Part shown: positions 61,201 through 64,000 of the stretch, piece after piece
Position numbering within the stretch: the first letter of the stretch is position 1
Layout: the number at the start of each line of letters is the position of its first letter
NCBI GenBank assembly: GCA_002269645.1
Contig: NIVC01002343.1
Location: 46,555-110,554 of the forward strand
DNA length: 64,000 nucleotides
Reading direction: 5' to 3'
DNA from: Macrostomum lignano
Lineage: Eukaryota
Program-made: the position numbers and the translations under genes
The notes under the pieces: generated by a model
The model's input: the letters and a program-made list of their open reading frames with translations, nothing else
Told to the model about the DNA's origin: nothing
Databases searched by the model: none

Positions 61201-62843
61201 GACGTGATGAGTCTAATTCCTGGTAGGCTGTACCATCTGAGGGGCATCTGCAGTGCTGATTGTAGCGATGCGAAGGAGCACGTAGATTACATTAACGGCC
61301 ACGTAAAAATACCCGGATATGGTAAATAAGCAAACAATTTGTGTTGAAACCAGCAGTATCTGAGTAAAAAATTTCTGCAGTAGAATTTCGTTTACATTTT
61401 AGCCTCCAGCCCAGCGACCCCCTTTCACGGATCTTCACTCAAGCCAGCCGTGGATCAGGTCGATGCCAGCTGTCTCTGCCGCTACCCGCCCATCGCTCCT
61501 CTTCAGCCTGACAGAGTCATCAAATCCAACATCCCTCAGCACCTACTGGAGTCACTGAGGCAGGAGCTGCTGGCTTCGCCATGCCACGTGGTCCATGCTG
61601 CTTCTCCAGGTCAAGACGGCGAACAGCTTCGTGTGAGCACCACATTCCTAGAGAAGCGAATGCTCAGAAGTCTCTCCACCCTACAGGGCCAGCTATTTAT
61701 CGTACTAAAGTATTTGATTAAGAAGATTATTTCAAATAAATACGGCTTCAACGTGGCGGATTCAAGTCTTATCATGCCAAAACTATCACATTCCGAATGG
61801 TGGAGGAAACACCAAGGGAACTGTGGAAGCCAGAAAACCTCTTGAGCCTCGTGAGAAGATCGCTGCACATGCTACTTGACTGTGTGGAAAGCAGTCATAC
61901 CCCCGATAATGCTCATGGCCGGGTCATGAACCACTTCTTTCTGTGCAATGCAGACATTTACCTAAAAGGAGTGGAGCAGAAGGGTAGTGGTGTGAGCGCA
62001 GCTTTTGAAAAAGCCGCAGTTACCCTGAAAATTGTGATCGACTACCTGCCCCAGCTGCTGCTTCAGTTCCAAAGCAGTCTGAAGCCGGCCAGCAACTCCG
62101 GCAGGTTCTACTTTCACCCGTTCCTCCTCTTGCCACATTTCTGCATGTCCCAGAGACCCGCGTTGAGTTCTGGCAGCCTTGAATTTCACGAGATCTACTA
62201 TGTGGTCAGAGAAGCCATCGAGCGACTTTCTCACGGAGACTGTGGCAAGGAGTCCCAAGAGACTCTCACAGCACTGCTTGCCAGACTGCCAGACTGCGCC
62301 TTCTCAGCTCGAGAAGCACTCAGAATTGTTGCCAGTCTGAAATTCGGCTACCGAAGCACCGCGAAGAGAATAATTGACAACTGCAGGGGCCATGTAGTGA
62401 GCCGCGGCATCGACTGGTCCACTGAAAGGACCGCAACTGACGCCACCGTTGAGTTCGTGTGGCGACATCTGAAAAGTCGAGACTCACTGTGGAGATTTTG
62501 CTTTGAATTCAGCCAGCGACCGCATTAGTAAGAGAATTGTCTGCGGATATCTCAAGTGCTTTCCCATCAGGATGAGCAACTACGAGACATATTTCTATGT
62601 GAACTTCGACGCTCTGCTGCAGTCGCTTCGCCTGGAGTTGTGTGGAGTTGGTGACGCGGATGCGCTGGACTGGATCCGGGATATGGCCCGGCGTGAGGAT
62701 GCGGATGAGCAGGAGCTGCTATCAGCTGCTCTCTACTCACCGACTCCGAGCAGGTAGCGTCACTAACACTGAAGCTGAGACACCTGGTCGGCCCAGTTCC
62801 CGCCTGGTTTCTGGACCGCCTGGCAACCAAATGGCGGCTGTAG
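58247..62843 (+). CDS. Ankyrin-repeat / cGAS-like receptor (Mab-21-family nucleotidyltransferase) fusion; multiple apparent frameshifts
   Basis: ~25 ankyrin repeats (GxSPLxIASxNGH...) at ~58320-60750. Introns ~60793-60974 and 61322-61402. NTase motifs VVGSYSEG...SDIDVM and a probable third Asp in DQVDA...RYP. Mab-21 motifs CHVV, LRVSTTFLEKRML, LKYLIK, GFKSYHAKT, EETPRELWKPENL, MNHFF. Final frame ends LDRLATKWRL* at 62843. About 10 single-base frameshifts must be assumed. Confidence 0.82.
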
Positions 62844-64000
62844 AGTTTGTGAAGATGTAGAGAACTGCGGTCTGTCGGCAGCGCTCTTTTGGTGACGCTC
62901 TTGTGATCATACGGTTAACTGATTTCTTCTTTAAAAACACATGTTTTCCTTCAGAAATTCCCTGTTTAAAATGCCAACATTCTCCTTTAACAACTGAAAA
63001 CGCCTGTAGAGTTGTAGATGGTAGACATCCTCATCCAAAAAGAACAGTGTACATGTACAGATGCTAATGTGCATATGTGGATACTTGTATGGCTATTTTT
63101 TCTTTCGCTTCCTATTCCCCAACGCCCCAGCTACAATTTCCCAAATCCTTAGTGTATGTGCACTACAGTACAGTATTTGCACCAGCGCTTGTAATTGCTT
63201 TAAAATCGCGTCATTTTCTAATGACGACTGGAGCATTGCGGCAGTGCGGCCTGAGTTGGAGTAGCTGCTCGCCAATGCGTAAACAGGTAGAGTTTTTATG
63301 TACATTCATACTGTGCCTTCTGTGAGTATAGTACAGCAAAACGAAAAGCCATGAGCGCTGTTTTGAACCTTATAATTAGAGCAGCTCACAAGAGTACAGC
63401 AAACTCAGTCTAAAGTTATAGAAACATTTGCTGCTATACGTACGCAGCTGGGCAGACTGACGCTCAGGCGGCAGGGTAAGAGCTGCACTGCATCACCATG
63501 ATCGATAAGCCATAGGCGTAGGGTGATGGCATGGAGTTGCAGGTACATTTGAGCCCATGATACCGTGTGCACGTGCAGCTCTTTAACTGGTGCATGTACT
63601 CAGTGCTTGCTCTTGCTGCAAAGTTAAACACTTGTATACTAGGGTACTGTAGCTATAGCAGAGTGCCGACACTGACTAGTGGCGAGAAATCCGAAAGTTG
63701 CACTATTATGCATGTAGCTGCTGTACGCGAATGCACATGTGTGCTTCGGGTACATGTAGGTCTCATGTACATGCACTAATTTTAATGTCCCTAACCATGT
63801 ACCTGCAGTTCAGGGAAGCAGCCAGACTGACAAAAAAACCGAGAACTCAAACGCTCCTGGCCTATCGCCATTTCGAATCTCACTTTTGGACACATTTCAA
63901 AGCTTACATACGCAACAGCATGTAATAAAATGTTTCTATCCTGCGACATGCTTTTGGCGCATTGTCAGAAACCCTTGACATGCACTGGCGCCATGTACTG

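Noticed and set aside
59094-62760. Programmed ribosomal frameshifting in the ANK-cGLR gene
   Set aside because: About ten scattered sites with no consistent slippery heptamer or downstream structure; assembly error or decay is more parsimonious.

Overview
Eukaryotic (metazoan) genomic DNA with GT-AG introns, GC3-rich exons, a TTAGGG tract and very dense mini/microsatellites. The style suggests a free-living flatworm such as Macrostomum; this is inference, not verified. Genes reconstructed by hand, all on the + strand: (1) an intronless orphan gene of ~755 aa (2130-4396); (2) a 10-exon CNOT1 (19747-39356), 7 of whose 9 introns each hold their own tandem array; (3) a two-exon neuropeptide precursor releasing 16 copies of FDPLMM (44807-45713); (4) a small secreted Cys-rich candidate; (5) a secreted PAN/apple-like + Ser/Thr linker + LamG/ConA-like protein (53329-54634); (6) a ~25-ankyrin-repeat protein fused to a cGAS-like/Mab-21 nucleotidyltransferase (58247-62843). 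Non-genic content includes a ~7 kb Helitron-like element (A|TC...hairpin-CTAG|T) inflated by a 23-bp satellite and carrying a telomeric tract, with related copies holding about 2, 9 and 87 monomers. Also present: an RPS12 processed pseudogene, a LINE RT fragment, a transposase remnant, a MITE-like element and about 20 tandem arrays. Four genes, including essential CNOT1, carry apparent single-base deletions, probably long-read assembly errors. Most long ORFs in the supplied track are repeat or antisense artefacts.
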